64,000 nt of DNA from an uncultured Anaerolineales bacterium (lineage in GTDB: Bacteria > Chloroflexota > Anaerolineae > Anaerolineales > UBA6663): positions 3,249 through 67,248 of the forward strand of contig CALFZO010000004.1 of the NCBI GenBank assembly GCA_937952305.1, read 5' to 3'. The notes below the pieces were generated by a model that saw only the letters and a program-made list of their open reading frames with translations, had not been told where the DNA came from and did not search any database. Shown one piece after another: positions 37,409 through 45,653 of the stretch. Made by a program: the position numbers and the translations under genes. The first letter of the stretch is position 1. Each line of letters starts with the position of its first letter.

Positions 37409-37515
37409 GCCGGGTGGCTGATCCTCCGCCGGCGTCCACGCGTCCGCGGGTTAAAGCCGGAGGCCGCCCCCGGGCGGGGCGGCCTCGGCATCAAGCGCGG
37501 CCGGCGCCGGCCGGG

Positions 37516-38424
37516 TTAGTCCTTCTTGGGGCCCACGAAGTTGCTCAAAAGTGACGTGAACTCCATCGGGAAGATGTACTTGGTGGCTGGGCTCATACCC
37601 ATGGCCTTGAGCGTCTCGAAGTACTGCAGCGTCATCGTCTTCTGGTCGATGGTGCTGGCGGCGTTGTAGATCGTCTGCAGCGCGGCCGCAAAGCCCTCTG
37701 CTCGCAGCAGCTGGGCCTGCTTCTCGCCCTCCGCCCGCAGGATGTTGGACTGGCGTTCGCCCTCGGCCTGCAGGATGTTGGCCTGCTTGGTGCCCTCGGC
37801 GCGGTTGATGGCCGCCTCTTTGTCGCCGGTGGATTCGGTCACCAGCGCGCGGCGCGTGCGCTCAGCCGACATCTGCCGGTTCATGGCGTCCTGCACGTCG
37901 CGCGGCGGGATGATCTCGCGGATTTCGACGTTGGTGACCTTGACGCCCCAGCGCTCGGTGACCTCGTCTAGCTTGACGCGCAGAGTCTGGTTGATGTGCT
38001 CGCGCTGGGAGAGCACGTCGTCCAGCAGGATGCCGCCGATGACCGAGCGCAGCGTGGTGGTGGCGATACCGGCCGCCGCCATCTCGAAGTTGCCCACGCC
38101 CACCACGGTCAGCGTCGCGTCGACGACCTTGTAGTACCACAGGAAGTCAATCGAGATCGGCGCGTTGTCCTTGGTGATGGAGGTCTGGTGCGGCACCTCG
38201 CGCACCTGCTCGCGCAGATCCACCGTGCGGGCCTGGTCGATGACGGGCAGGAGCAGCACGATGCCCGGCCCCTTCTGGCCGATGACGCGGCCCAGGCGCA
38301 GCACCACCAGGCGCTGATACTCCGGCACGATGCGGATCGAGGTGGCCAGGACCCCCAGCACCACCAGCACCACCACGCCGACCACGCACAGCAAGACCGA
38401 GCCACTTAGAAAAGCTGCATCCAT
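37516..38424 (-). CDS. SPFH/band-7 (stomatin/slipin-like) membrane protein
   Basis: N-terminal TM, then IRIVPEYQRLVVLRLGR and a coiled-coil EAxxxRAEGExQ repeat. The internal ATG at 38424 (M94 of the track ORF) has an AAGGA RBS. The upstream 93 aa of the track ORF are Arg/Gly/Pro junk. Confidence 0.88.
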   Translation of the reverse strand: MDAAFLSGSVLLCVVGVVVLVVLGVLATSIRIVPEYQRLVVLRLGRVIGQKGPGIVLLLPVIDQARTVDLREQVREVPHQTSITKDNAPISIDFLWYYKVVDATLTVVGVGNFEMAAAGIATTTLRSVIGGILLDDVLSQREHINQTLRVKLDEVTERWGVKVTNVEIREIIPPRDVQDAMNRQMSAERTRRALVTESTGDKEAAINRAEGTKQANILQAEGERQSNILRAEGEKQAQLLRAEGFAAALQTIYNAASTIDQKTMTLQYFETLKAMGMSPATKYIFPMEFTSLLSNFVGPKKD

Positions 38425-38477
38425 AGACTTTCGTCCTTTCCCGTCTTCGGCTACCCCGCGCGCGCGCGGGGCTGTCG

Positions 38478-39686
38478 CTACGGCTTCCCGCTCTGGCTGC
38501 GCTCCGCCTGTTGGCGAACCAGGGCGATGATCTCCGGCAGATCGGGGTCGCGCGGCGCGCGCCGGGCGGCCTCCTCCAGGGTGCGCAGGCTGCGGGCGTA
38601 GCGCTGGATGCGCGCATACCCCAGCCCCAGATGCTTGTAGTAAGCGGCCTCCTTGGGGGCCAGCCCCACGGCCCGGCGCCACTGCGCCACCGCCAGCGCC
38701 CACATCCCGGCGCGGCTGTAATCGTGGCCGAGCTTGTGGAAGGCGGCGGCGCTGTGCGCGCGCGGGTCTGGCTGGGTGAGCAGCCGCTCCCAGGTCACCG
38801 TGAATTCCTGATAAGACGCGCCTATCAGGTAGAGCAGGGCCAGCCCCAGCCCCAGGTTGAGCACGGCCGCCACCGGCCCCAGCAGGCCGCTGAAGAGCAG
38901 ATAGATATTGGCCAGCACGTCCAGGACCAGCGCGCCCAGGGCCAGATAGTACGCCCAGCCCCAGCGCTGGCTGAGGGTCAGCAGCAGCAGGCCAAGGCCG
39001 GCCACCCGCAGCCCCAGGCCGGTGGCCAGGGCGCCGGCCACCGGGGCCGAGAAGTCGGCGAAGTGGCTGAACAGGTAGGTGACGCCGGGGAAGGTCTGCA
39101 CCAACTGCAGGCTGCCCAAGGTCGGCGCGCCGGTGCTGGCCGCGTTCACGGTCAGCAGCGGGAAGGCCAACTCCACGATGCCGGCGCCGACGTTGATGAC
39201 GAGCAGGAGCAGGCCCAGGCGCAGGAAGGCCGAGTCATGCGAAGGCTGCACCGGCATCGTCAGGGCCTGGCCGCAGTGCGGGCATTTGCGGTCGGCGGCC
39301 TGCGTCGGGCGCCCGCAGTACACGCACTGGAGCGGATCGTCGAGGCCGTCGTCGGGTTCGGGCGGGGCGCCGGCCAGCAGGCCCTGCCACGGGTCGGCGG
39401 CCGGTGGGGCGGCTGGCGCGCTCACGGCCGGGCGGGCCCGCAGTTGGTCCAGCCGGGCCCGGGCCTCGGCGTTGGCGGGGTTGAGGGTCAGGACGTTTTC
39501 CAGCGCCACCTCGGCGTCGGCCGGGTCGTCCATGGCCTGGCTGAGCCACAGCCAAGCCTGCTCATGGTGCTCGTCGCGCTCGATCACCTGCAGCAGCAGC
39601 GCGCGGCCACGCTCGCGCTCTCCGCGCTGGAGCGCGGCGATGCCGGCTTGGAGCAGCGATTGGAGCTCGGAGGAGGCGGAAGCCAT
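38478..39686 (-). CDS. TPR / zinc-ribbon / multi-TM / TPR membrane protein, function unknown
   Basis: N-terminal TPR (HEQAWLWLSQAM...LTLNPANAEA), CVYCGRPTQAADRKCPHCG zinc ribbon, about 5 hydrophobic helices, and a C-terminal TPR. The ATG at 39686 (M43) avoids overlap with the divergent gene. Confidence 0.6.
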   Translation of the reverse strand: MASASSELQSLLQAGIAALQRGERERGRALLLQVIERDEHHEQAWLWLSQAMDDPADAEVALENVLTLNPANAEARARLDQLRARPAVSAPAAPPAADPWQGLLAGAPPEPDDGLDDPLQCVYCGRPTQAADRKCPHCGQALTMPVQPSHDSAFLRLGLLLLVINVGAGIVELAFPLLTVNAASTGAPTLGSLQLVQTFPGVTYLFSHFADFSAPVAGALATGLGLRVAGLGLLLLTLSQRWGWAYYLALGALVLDVLANIYLLFSGLLGPVAAVLNLGLGLALLYLIGASYQEFTVTWERLLTQPDPRAHSAAAFHKLGHDYSRAGMWALAVAQWRRAVGLAPKEAAYYKHLGLGYARIQRYARSLRTLEEAARRAPRDPDLPEIIALVRQQAERSQSGKP

Positions 39687-39768
39687 GGGATCGCAATGTC
39701 TCTGAGTGGGCCCTCTGATTATACCGTCTCGGGCCGGACGCCTCCAAGTGGCGCCGCGCCCGGGCCGA

Positions 39769-39797
39769 TTGTCATTTTGCGCGGTTGACTCTAAAAT
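39769..39797 (+). promoter_or_regulatory. promoter candidate TTGTCA-17-TAAAAT, probably giving a leaderless or near-leaderless mRNA
   Basis: Hexamers read directly from the sequence. The -10 ends 8 nt before the ATG at 39806. A GANTC site (GACTC, 39787-39791) abuts the -10. Confidence 0.45.
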
Positions 39798-39805
39798 CCT
39801 GGCCG

Positions 39806-40309
39806 ATGCCAACCTGGGCTTTGGCGCTCGCTTACGGCTTCCACCTGATCGCCACGGTGATCTGGGTGGGCGGCCTGGCGCTGATGGCGCTGGTGGTCTG
39901 GCCTGGGGCGCGCGCCCGGCTGGGGCCTGGCCCGGCGCTCGGCCAGCTCCTGAGCGAGCTGCAGCGCCGTTTCAACCCGCTCGCCTGGACCAGCCTGGCG
40001 GTGCTGGTCGGCACCGGCCTGATGCAGATGACGGCCGACCCCAATTACGGCGGCTTCCTGGTGATCGACAACGCCTGGGCGGTGGCGATCCTGGTCAAGC
40101 ACCTGGCCGTGCTGGGGATGGTCGCGGCCGGCGCCGCCATGCAGGGCTGGCTCCAGCCGGAGCTGGCGCGGCTGGCCCTGCTGGAGGCCCATGGCCGGCC
40201 GGCGCCGGAGTTGGCCGCGCTGCGCCGCCGCGAGGCCGTCTTGCTGTGGCTCAACCTGGCCTGCGCCCTGGTGACGCTGGCCTGCACGGCCGTGGCCACG
40301 GCGGTGTGA
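39806..40309 (+). CDS. CopD-like integral membrane protein
   Basis: Four to five TM helices. FHLIATVIWVGGLALMALV is reminiscent of the CopD/YcnJ C-terminal family. The track ORF starts at a TTG (39785), but the ATG at 39806 is preferred. Confidence 0.5.
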   Translation: MPTWALALAYGFHLIATVIWVGGLALMALVVWPGARARLGPGPALGQLLSELQRRFNPLAWTSLAVLVGTGLMQMTADPNYGGFLVIDNAWAVAILVKHLAVLGMVAAGAAMQGWLQPELARLALLEAHGRPAPELAALRRREAVLLWLNLACALVTLACTAVATAV

Positions 40310-40313
40310 CGGT

Positions 40314-40694
40314 ATGCGGACGACGCGCCACGTCACTCTGGCCTGCGAGCGCTGCGGGCGGGCGGCGGCCGAAATCACGCTGATCCCGGCCGAGGTGGCC
40401 AGCGCCGCGCCTTGGTCCCAGGGCGACCGCCTGGAGCGCACTGATTTTCTCGGCCCGGTCACCCAGTTCGGCCCGTACGAGGTGCTGCTGCCGCTCTTCG
40501 AGCAGGTGGCCCGCCGGGACTTCGACGCCGCGCGCGAGCGGGACGCCGACCTGGTGAGCTTCTTCTGCTGGCGCTGCCGGCGCGTGTACTGTGACCAGTG
40601 CTGGACCGGGCATCGCATGACATTCGACGACGGCTTCTACGACTGTATGTACGCCACCTGCCCGGAAGGGCATGAGCAGATGATCGATGACTGA
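40314..40694 (+). CDS. hypothetical Cys-rich (putative zinc-binding) protein
   Basis: CERCG...CWRCRRVYCDQCW...DCMYATCPEGH cysteine/histidine clusters. It is tightly packed, 4 nt after the upstream stop and 9 nt before the methylase start. The composition looks coding. I recognise no family. Confidence 0.5.
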   Translation: MRTTRHVTLACERCGRAAAEITLIPAEVASAAPWSQGDRLERTDFLGPVTQFGPYEVLLPLFEQVARRDFDAARERDADLVSFFCWRCRRVYCDQCWTGHRMTFDDGFYDCMYATCPEGHEQMIDD

Positions 40695-40700
40695 CGGTGA

Positions 40701-41816
<1,116 letters not shown>

Positions 41817-41834
41817 CGCGCCACGGAGAGCCCT

Positions 41835-42365
41835 ATGCAATCGCGCGGCGCGCTCCTCACCGGCGTGCTGATGATCCTGATCGGCGGCTGGCTCCTGGCG
41901 CAGAACTTCGGCGCGGCGCTGCCGGGCCTGGAGCAGCTCTGGCCGGCCTTTCCTTTGCTGGGCGGGCTGGCGTTCCTGGTCCAGTATTTTGCCAACGGCC
42001 GGCGCGACGACGGGCTGGTCTTTGTCGGCGTGGCCGCCGCCCTGGTGGGCGGCTTCTTCTTCGCGTTCACCCTCGGACCGCTGCGCTTCGACGAGGGCGA
42101 TATGCGCCGCTGGTGGCCGGTCTTCGTCCTGATCGGAGCGGCCGCGTCCCTGGCGCAGTGGCTGGCCCAGCCGCGTGAATGGGGCCGGTTGGCGTTCGCC
42201 AGCCTGGCCGCCCTGGTGGGGACGGTGGCCCTGGCCGCCACGCTGGGCTACCTCGACCGCGGCCAACTGGCCCAGCTGGCGCGCTGGTGGCCGGTGCTGC
42301 TGATCGTGGCCGGGCTGATGGCGCTGGCCAGTGCTCTGGCCGGCCGCGGCCGGGGCCGTTCCTGA
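41835..42365 (+). CDS. small multi-TM membrane protein (LiaF-TM/DUF5668-like)
   Basis: Repeated hydrophobic helices, GVLMILIGGWLLAQNFG and WWPVLLIVAGLMAL. Confidence 0.5.
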   Translation: MQSRGALLTGVLMILIGGWLLAQNFGAALPGLEQLWPAFPLLGGLAFLVQYFANGRRDDGLVFVGVAAALVGGFFFAFTLGPLRFDEGDMRRWWPVFVLIGAAASLAQWLAQPREWGRLAFASLAALVGTVALAATLGYLDRGQLAQLARWWPVLLIVAGLMALASALAGRGRGRS

Positions 42366-42387
42366 CCCGGCGCCCGGGTCAGCGACC

Positions 42388-43500
42388 ATGCACGTCGGCA
42401 TCGACGCCAGCCGCGCGACTGTCGCGCGGCGCACCGGCACCGAGAGCTACGCGCTCCACCTCCTGCGGGCTATGCTGGCCCGCCCTCCCGCCGAAACCGT
42501 CAGCCTGTACTTTCGAGACGAGCCCGCGCCGGGGCTGTTCCCGGACTCGGCCGGCGTCACGCCCCGCGTCATCCCGTTTCCGCGCCTGTGGACGCACCTG
42601 CGCCTGGCCGCCGACCTGGCCGTGCGCCGGCCGCGCCCGGACGTGCTGTTTGTGCCCGCCCACGTCGTGCCCGTGGTCTGTCCGGTCCCGGCCGTGGTCA
42701 CCGTCCACGACCTCGGCTATCGGCACTTCCCGGACGCGCACCCGCTGGCGCAGCGCCTCTACCTGGAAGCCTCCACATACTATTCGGCCCACGCCGCCGC
42801 CCACGTCATCGCCGACTCCGAGGCCACACGCCGCGACCTGCGGACGTTCTATGGCGTGCCGGCGGAGCGCGTGGCCGTGGTGTACCCCGGCCGGGACGAG
42901 AGCCTGCGGCCCGTGGACCCGGCCGCGGTCCGCGCCAAGTACGGGCTGCCGGAGCGCTACCTGCTGCACGTCGGCACGCTTCAGCCGCGCAAGAACCTGG
43001 TGCGGCTGATGGAGGCGGCGCGGACGGTGGCGCAGACCGAGCTCGCCGACATCAGCCTGGTGCTGGCCGGCCGGCCCGGCTGGCTCGCGGCCCCCATCCT
43101 GCAAGCGGCGCGTGAGTGCGGGCCGCTGGTGCGCGTGCTCGAATACGTCCCGGACGAGGACCTGCCCGGTCTGTATTCCGGCGCCGCGGTCTTCGCCTTC
43201 CCGTCGCTGTTTGAAGGCTTCGGCTTTCCGGTGCTGGAGGCGATGGCGTGCGGCACGCCCGTCGTCTGCGCCAACACGTCATCGTTGCCGGAAGTGGCCG
43301 GGACGGCGGCGTTGTTGGTGGATCCGCTGGACGTGGCGGCGTTGGCGACCGCGCTGACGCGCGCGTTGACTGACCCGGCTGTGCGCGCCGAACTGGTGGC
43401 GCGGGGCTTCCGGCAGGTGCAGCGGTTTACGTGGGCGCGGGCGGCCGATGAGGTCTGGGCGGTGCTGGCCGGCGCGGCCTCCGGAGCTCGTCGACGATGA
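42388..43500 (+). CDS. glycosyltransferase family 4 (GT-B)
   Basis: FAFPSLFEGFGFPVLEAMACGTPVV (E-x7-E region). The ATG at 42388 is M20 of the track ORF. Confidence 0.88.
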   Translation: MHVGIDASRATVARRTGTESYALHLLRAMLARPPAETVSLYFRDEPAPGLFPDSAGVTPRVIPFPRLWTHLRLAADLAVRRPRPDVLFVPAHVVPVVCPVPAVVTVHDLGYRHFPDAHPLAQRLYLEASTYYSAHAAAHVIADSEATRRDLRTFYGVPAERVAVVYPGRDESLRPVDPAAVRAKYGLPERYLLHVGTLQPRKNLVRLMEAARTVAQTELADISLVLAGRPGWLAAPILQAARECGPLVRVLEYVPDEDLPGLYSGAAVFAFPSLFEGFGFPVLEAMACGTPVVCANTSSLPEVAGTAALLVDPLDVAALATALTRALTDPAVRAELVARGFRQVQRFTWARAADEVWAVLAGAASGARRR

Positions 43501-44246
43501 CGCCCACGCCGGCCGCCGTCGTCATCCTGGGCGTGCGCGTGCACGCCGTCACCATGCCGGCCGTGCTGGATTGGATCGCCGCCGCCATCGCTCGGCGCGA
43601 GCCGCGCCAGTTGTGCACGTCCAACCCCGAGTTCCTCATGGCGGCTCAAGCCGACCGCGAGTTCCGGGATCTGCTCAACGCCGCCGACCTCGTGGTGCCG
43701 GACGGTATCGGCCTGTTGCTGGCGGCGCGTTGGCTGAGGGAGCCTCTGCCGGAGCGCGTGGCCGGCTCGGACCTGGTGGTCCAGATCGCCGAGCGGGCGG
43801 CGCGCGAGGGCTGGCGCCTGTTCTGTCTCGGCGCGGCCGAAGGGGTGGCGCAGCGCGCGGCGGCGGTCCTGCAGGCGCGCTATCCGGGCCTGGTCATCGC
43901 CGGCACCTACGCCGGCAGCCCGCGCCCGGAGGCCGAGGCCGAGATCGTGGCGCGGGTCCGCGCCGCCGCGCCGGATGTCTTGTTCGTGGCCTATGGCGCG
44001 CCCGCGCAAGACAAGTGGATCGCGCGCAACCGCGCCCGCCTGGCCGTGCCGCTCTGTCTGGGGGTGGGCGGCTCGTTCGACTTCCTGGCGGGGGCGGCCC
44101 GGCGCGCGCCGCGCTGGGTGCAGCGCCTGGGGCTGGAGTGGCTGCACCGGCTCTATCGCCAGCCGTGGCGGGCCCGCCGCATCTTCACGGCGACCGTCCT
44201 GTTTTCACTGGCCGTGCTGCGCCACGGCCGGTCCCCATCCCGTTAA
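43497..44246 (+). CDS. WecB/TagA/CpsF-family glycosyltransferase
   Basis: ILGVRVHAVTMPAVLDWI..., VVPDGIGLLLAAR and GVGGSFDF motifs. Its start overlaps the GT4 stop (ATGA). Confidence 0.88.
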   Translation: MTPTPAAVVILGVRVHAVTMPAVLDWIAAAIARREPRQLCTSNPEFLMAAQADREFRDLLNAADLVVPDGIGLLLAARWLREPLPERVAGSDLVVQIAERAAREGWRLFCLGAAEGVAQRAAAVLQARYPGLVIAGTYAGSPRPEAEAEIVARVRAAAPDVLFVAYGAPAQDKWIARNRARLAVPLCLGVGGSFDFLAGAARRAPRWVQRLGLEWLHRLYRQPWRARRIFTATVLFSLAVLRHGRSPSR

Positions 44247-44319
44247 GTCTTCCCCCCAAACCTATCTATCGACGCTCCGTAGAATAGTGTAGCTTAGGGC
44301 AAGCAGCGGCTTGCCCGCC

Positions 44320-44430
44320 GCGCTCGCTCGTTCGAGAAGGGCAAACCCGGTGAAAACCGGGGACGCAAAGCCATGGGTCTGTAGCCCGGGAGAAATCCGG
44401 GCCATGATCGCCAGGCTACCGAAGACGAGG
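44320..44430 (+). promoter_or_regulatory. cyclic-di-GMP-I (GEMM-I) riboswitch aptamer
   Basis: AAGGGCAAACCCGGUGAAAACCGGGGACGCAAAGCCAUGG...CCAUGAUCGCCAGGCUACCGAAG matches the Vc2 aptamer core (GGGCAAACC-stem/GAAA loop-GGGACGCAAAGCC...GGUUACC). Downstream, CGUCCU (44454-44459) can pair with AGGACG (44469-44474) and occlude the SD just before AUG 44475. Confidence 0.85.
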
Positions 44431-44474
44431 CTCCGCTCCCCGCACTGGGTCGGCGTCCTCGCAGGATAAGGACG

Positions 44475-45143
44475 ATGGTCCGCCGACTCCTCGCTTGCGC
44501 GCTTTTCCTGTCCGTCCAATTCGTGATCGCGTCCACGCCCGTGCAGGCCGACTCCGGCCAGGGCGCGGTCGAGTACAGCGTCTATCTGCCGCTCCTGACG
44601 CGCGAGGCCACCGCGGCCATGGCGCTGCCAGCCGAGCCCGGCTTCCCGTCGCTGCTGGACTTCACGGCGACGGTGGCGGGCGGCCCGGCCGACACCGTGA
44701 CCGGCGTGTATGTGTCCGAGGTCCTGGCCCTGCCGGTCATCCAGCAGCCGGCCGACAACTACGGCTACGTCTCTGAGCAGGTGGGGGTGGTCACGCAGTT
44801 CCGGCTGGCGGCCAGCTACGGCGTCACCGGTCTGCTGGCGCACAACTTTGCCTCCGGAGCCCTGTTCTTTGAGCTGGCGCCGGGGCAGCGCGTGCACGTC
44901 ATCCTGGGCGACGGCTCGGCGAAGGAGTACCAGGTGAGCGAGATCCTGCGTTATCAGGCCTTGCAGCCGTTCAGCACGGCCAGTGATTTTGTGGACCTGG
45001 CGACCGGCGAGCAACTCACGGCCGGCCAGGTGTTTGCGCGCGCGTACATGGGCGGCGACCAAGTGACGTTTCAGACTTGTATTGCGAGCGGCGGTATTGG
45101 GAGTTGGGGGCGGTTATTTGTGATCGCGACGCCGGTGGAGTGA
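44475..45143 (+). CDS. secreted sortase-like transpeptidase-fold protein
   Basis: Signal peptide MVRRLLACALFLSVQFVIASTPVQA. A His (LLAHNF), Cys (VTFQTCI, 79 aa later) and Arg (WGRLFVIA, 11 aa later) are spaced like the sortase catalytic triad. Confidence 0.55.
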   Translation: MVRRLLACALFLSVQFVIASTPVQADSGQGAVEYSVYLPLLTREATAAMALPAEPGFPSLLDFTATVAGGPADTVTGVYVSEVLALPVIQQPADNYGYVSEQVGVVTQFRLAASYGVTGLLAHNFASGALFFELAPGQRVHVILGDGSAKEYQVSEILRYQALQPFSTASDFVDLATGEQLTAGQVFARAYMGGDQVTFQTCIASGGIGSWGRLFVIATPVE

Positions 45144-45159
45144 GCGCCGCCCGGCGCAG

Positions 45160-45191
45160 GCGGGAGCCGAGTTGGCTCCCGCTTTTCATTT
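45160..45191 (+). terminator. intrinsic terminator
   Basis: GCGGGAGCC-GAGTT-GGCTCCCGC followed by TTTTCATTT. Confidence 0.8.
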
Positions 45192-45206
45192 AACCGAGCG
45201 GCGCCA

Positions 45207-45623
45207 TCAGGCCAACTGATCAGGCGCTGAGCGGTCAGCCAGGCGCCGCGCCTGGCTGCTGAGGTCGAGCATCCAGCCGCCAAGGGTGCAAGACAAGAGG
45301 ATGAGCACGCTGGGGGCAAACCACAGCCGGGCGAGGCCGGGGATTTCGGCGGGCAGGAACCGGATCAGGCTGAGCGCCCACAGGCCGGAAGCCAACCCCA
45401 CCCACAGGTGCGCGCGGCGCGCCAGCCAGGCGCTGGCCGCGCCAATCAGCACAGGCGGCGCCGCCAACAGGATGGCCGTCAGCGCCACTTTGGCCAGCTG
45501 CCAGGCAACACTGTCATCGGCGGCGCCGGCCGGCCAGAGCCCCGGAATGACCAGCCAGGCCGCGCGCCAGGCGCCGTAGCCGATCCCATTGCCGAGCAGG
45601 ATGGCCAGGAGGATGCGCGGCAT
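45207..45623 (-). CDS. hypothetical 4-TM membrane protein
   Basis: The hydrophobic helix pattern is the only evidence. It lies 30 nt downstream of mutS2 on the same strand. Confidence 0.45.
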   Translation of the reverse strand: MPRILLAILLGNGIGYGAWRAAWLVIPGLWPAGAADDSVAWQLAKVALTAILLAAPPVLIGAASAWLARRAHLWVGLASGLWALSLIRFLPAEIPGLARLWFAPSVLILLSCTLGGWMLDLSSQARRLADRSAPDQLA

Positions 45624-45653
45624 GGCTGAGCGTCTCCCGGCGCCGGCGGGTCG

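Noticed and set aside
35939-37519. 526-aa plus-strand ORF across rodZ-like, rplI and GNAT genes
   Set aside because: It is antisense to a canonical ribosomal protein L9 and a GNAT with an acetyl-CoA motif, and its sequence is low complexity.
44297-44316. Hairpin GGGCAAGC-AGCG-GCTTGCCC between tagA and the riboswitch as an intrinsic terminator
   Set aside because: It is a perfect 8-bp stem but has no U-tract on either strand. It may be part of the riboswitch leader, or simply structure. It is not called as a terminator.
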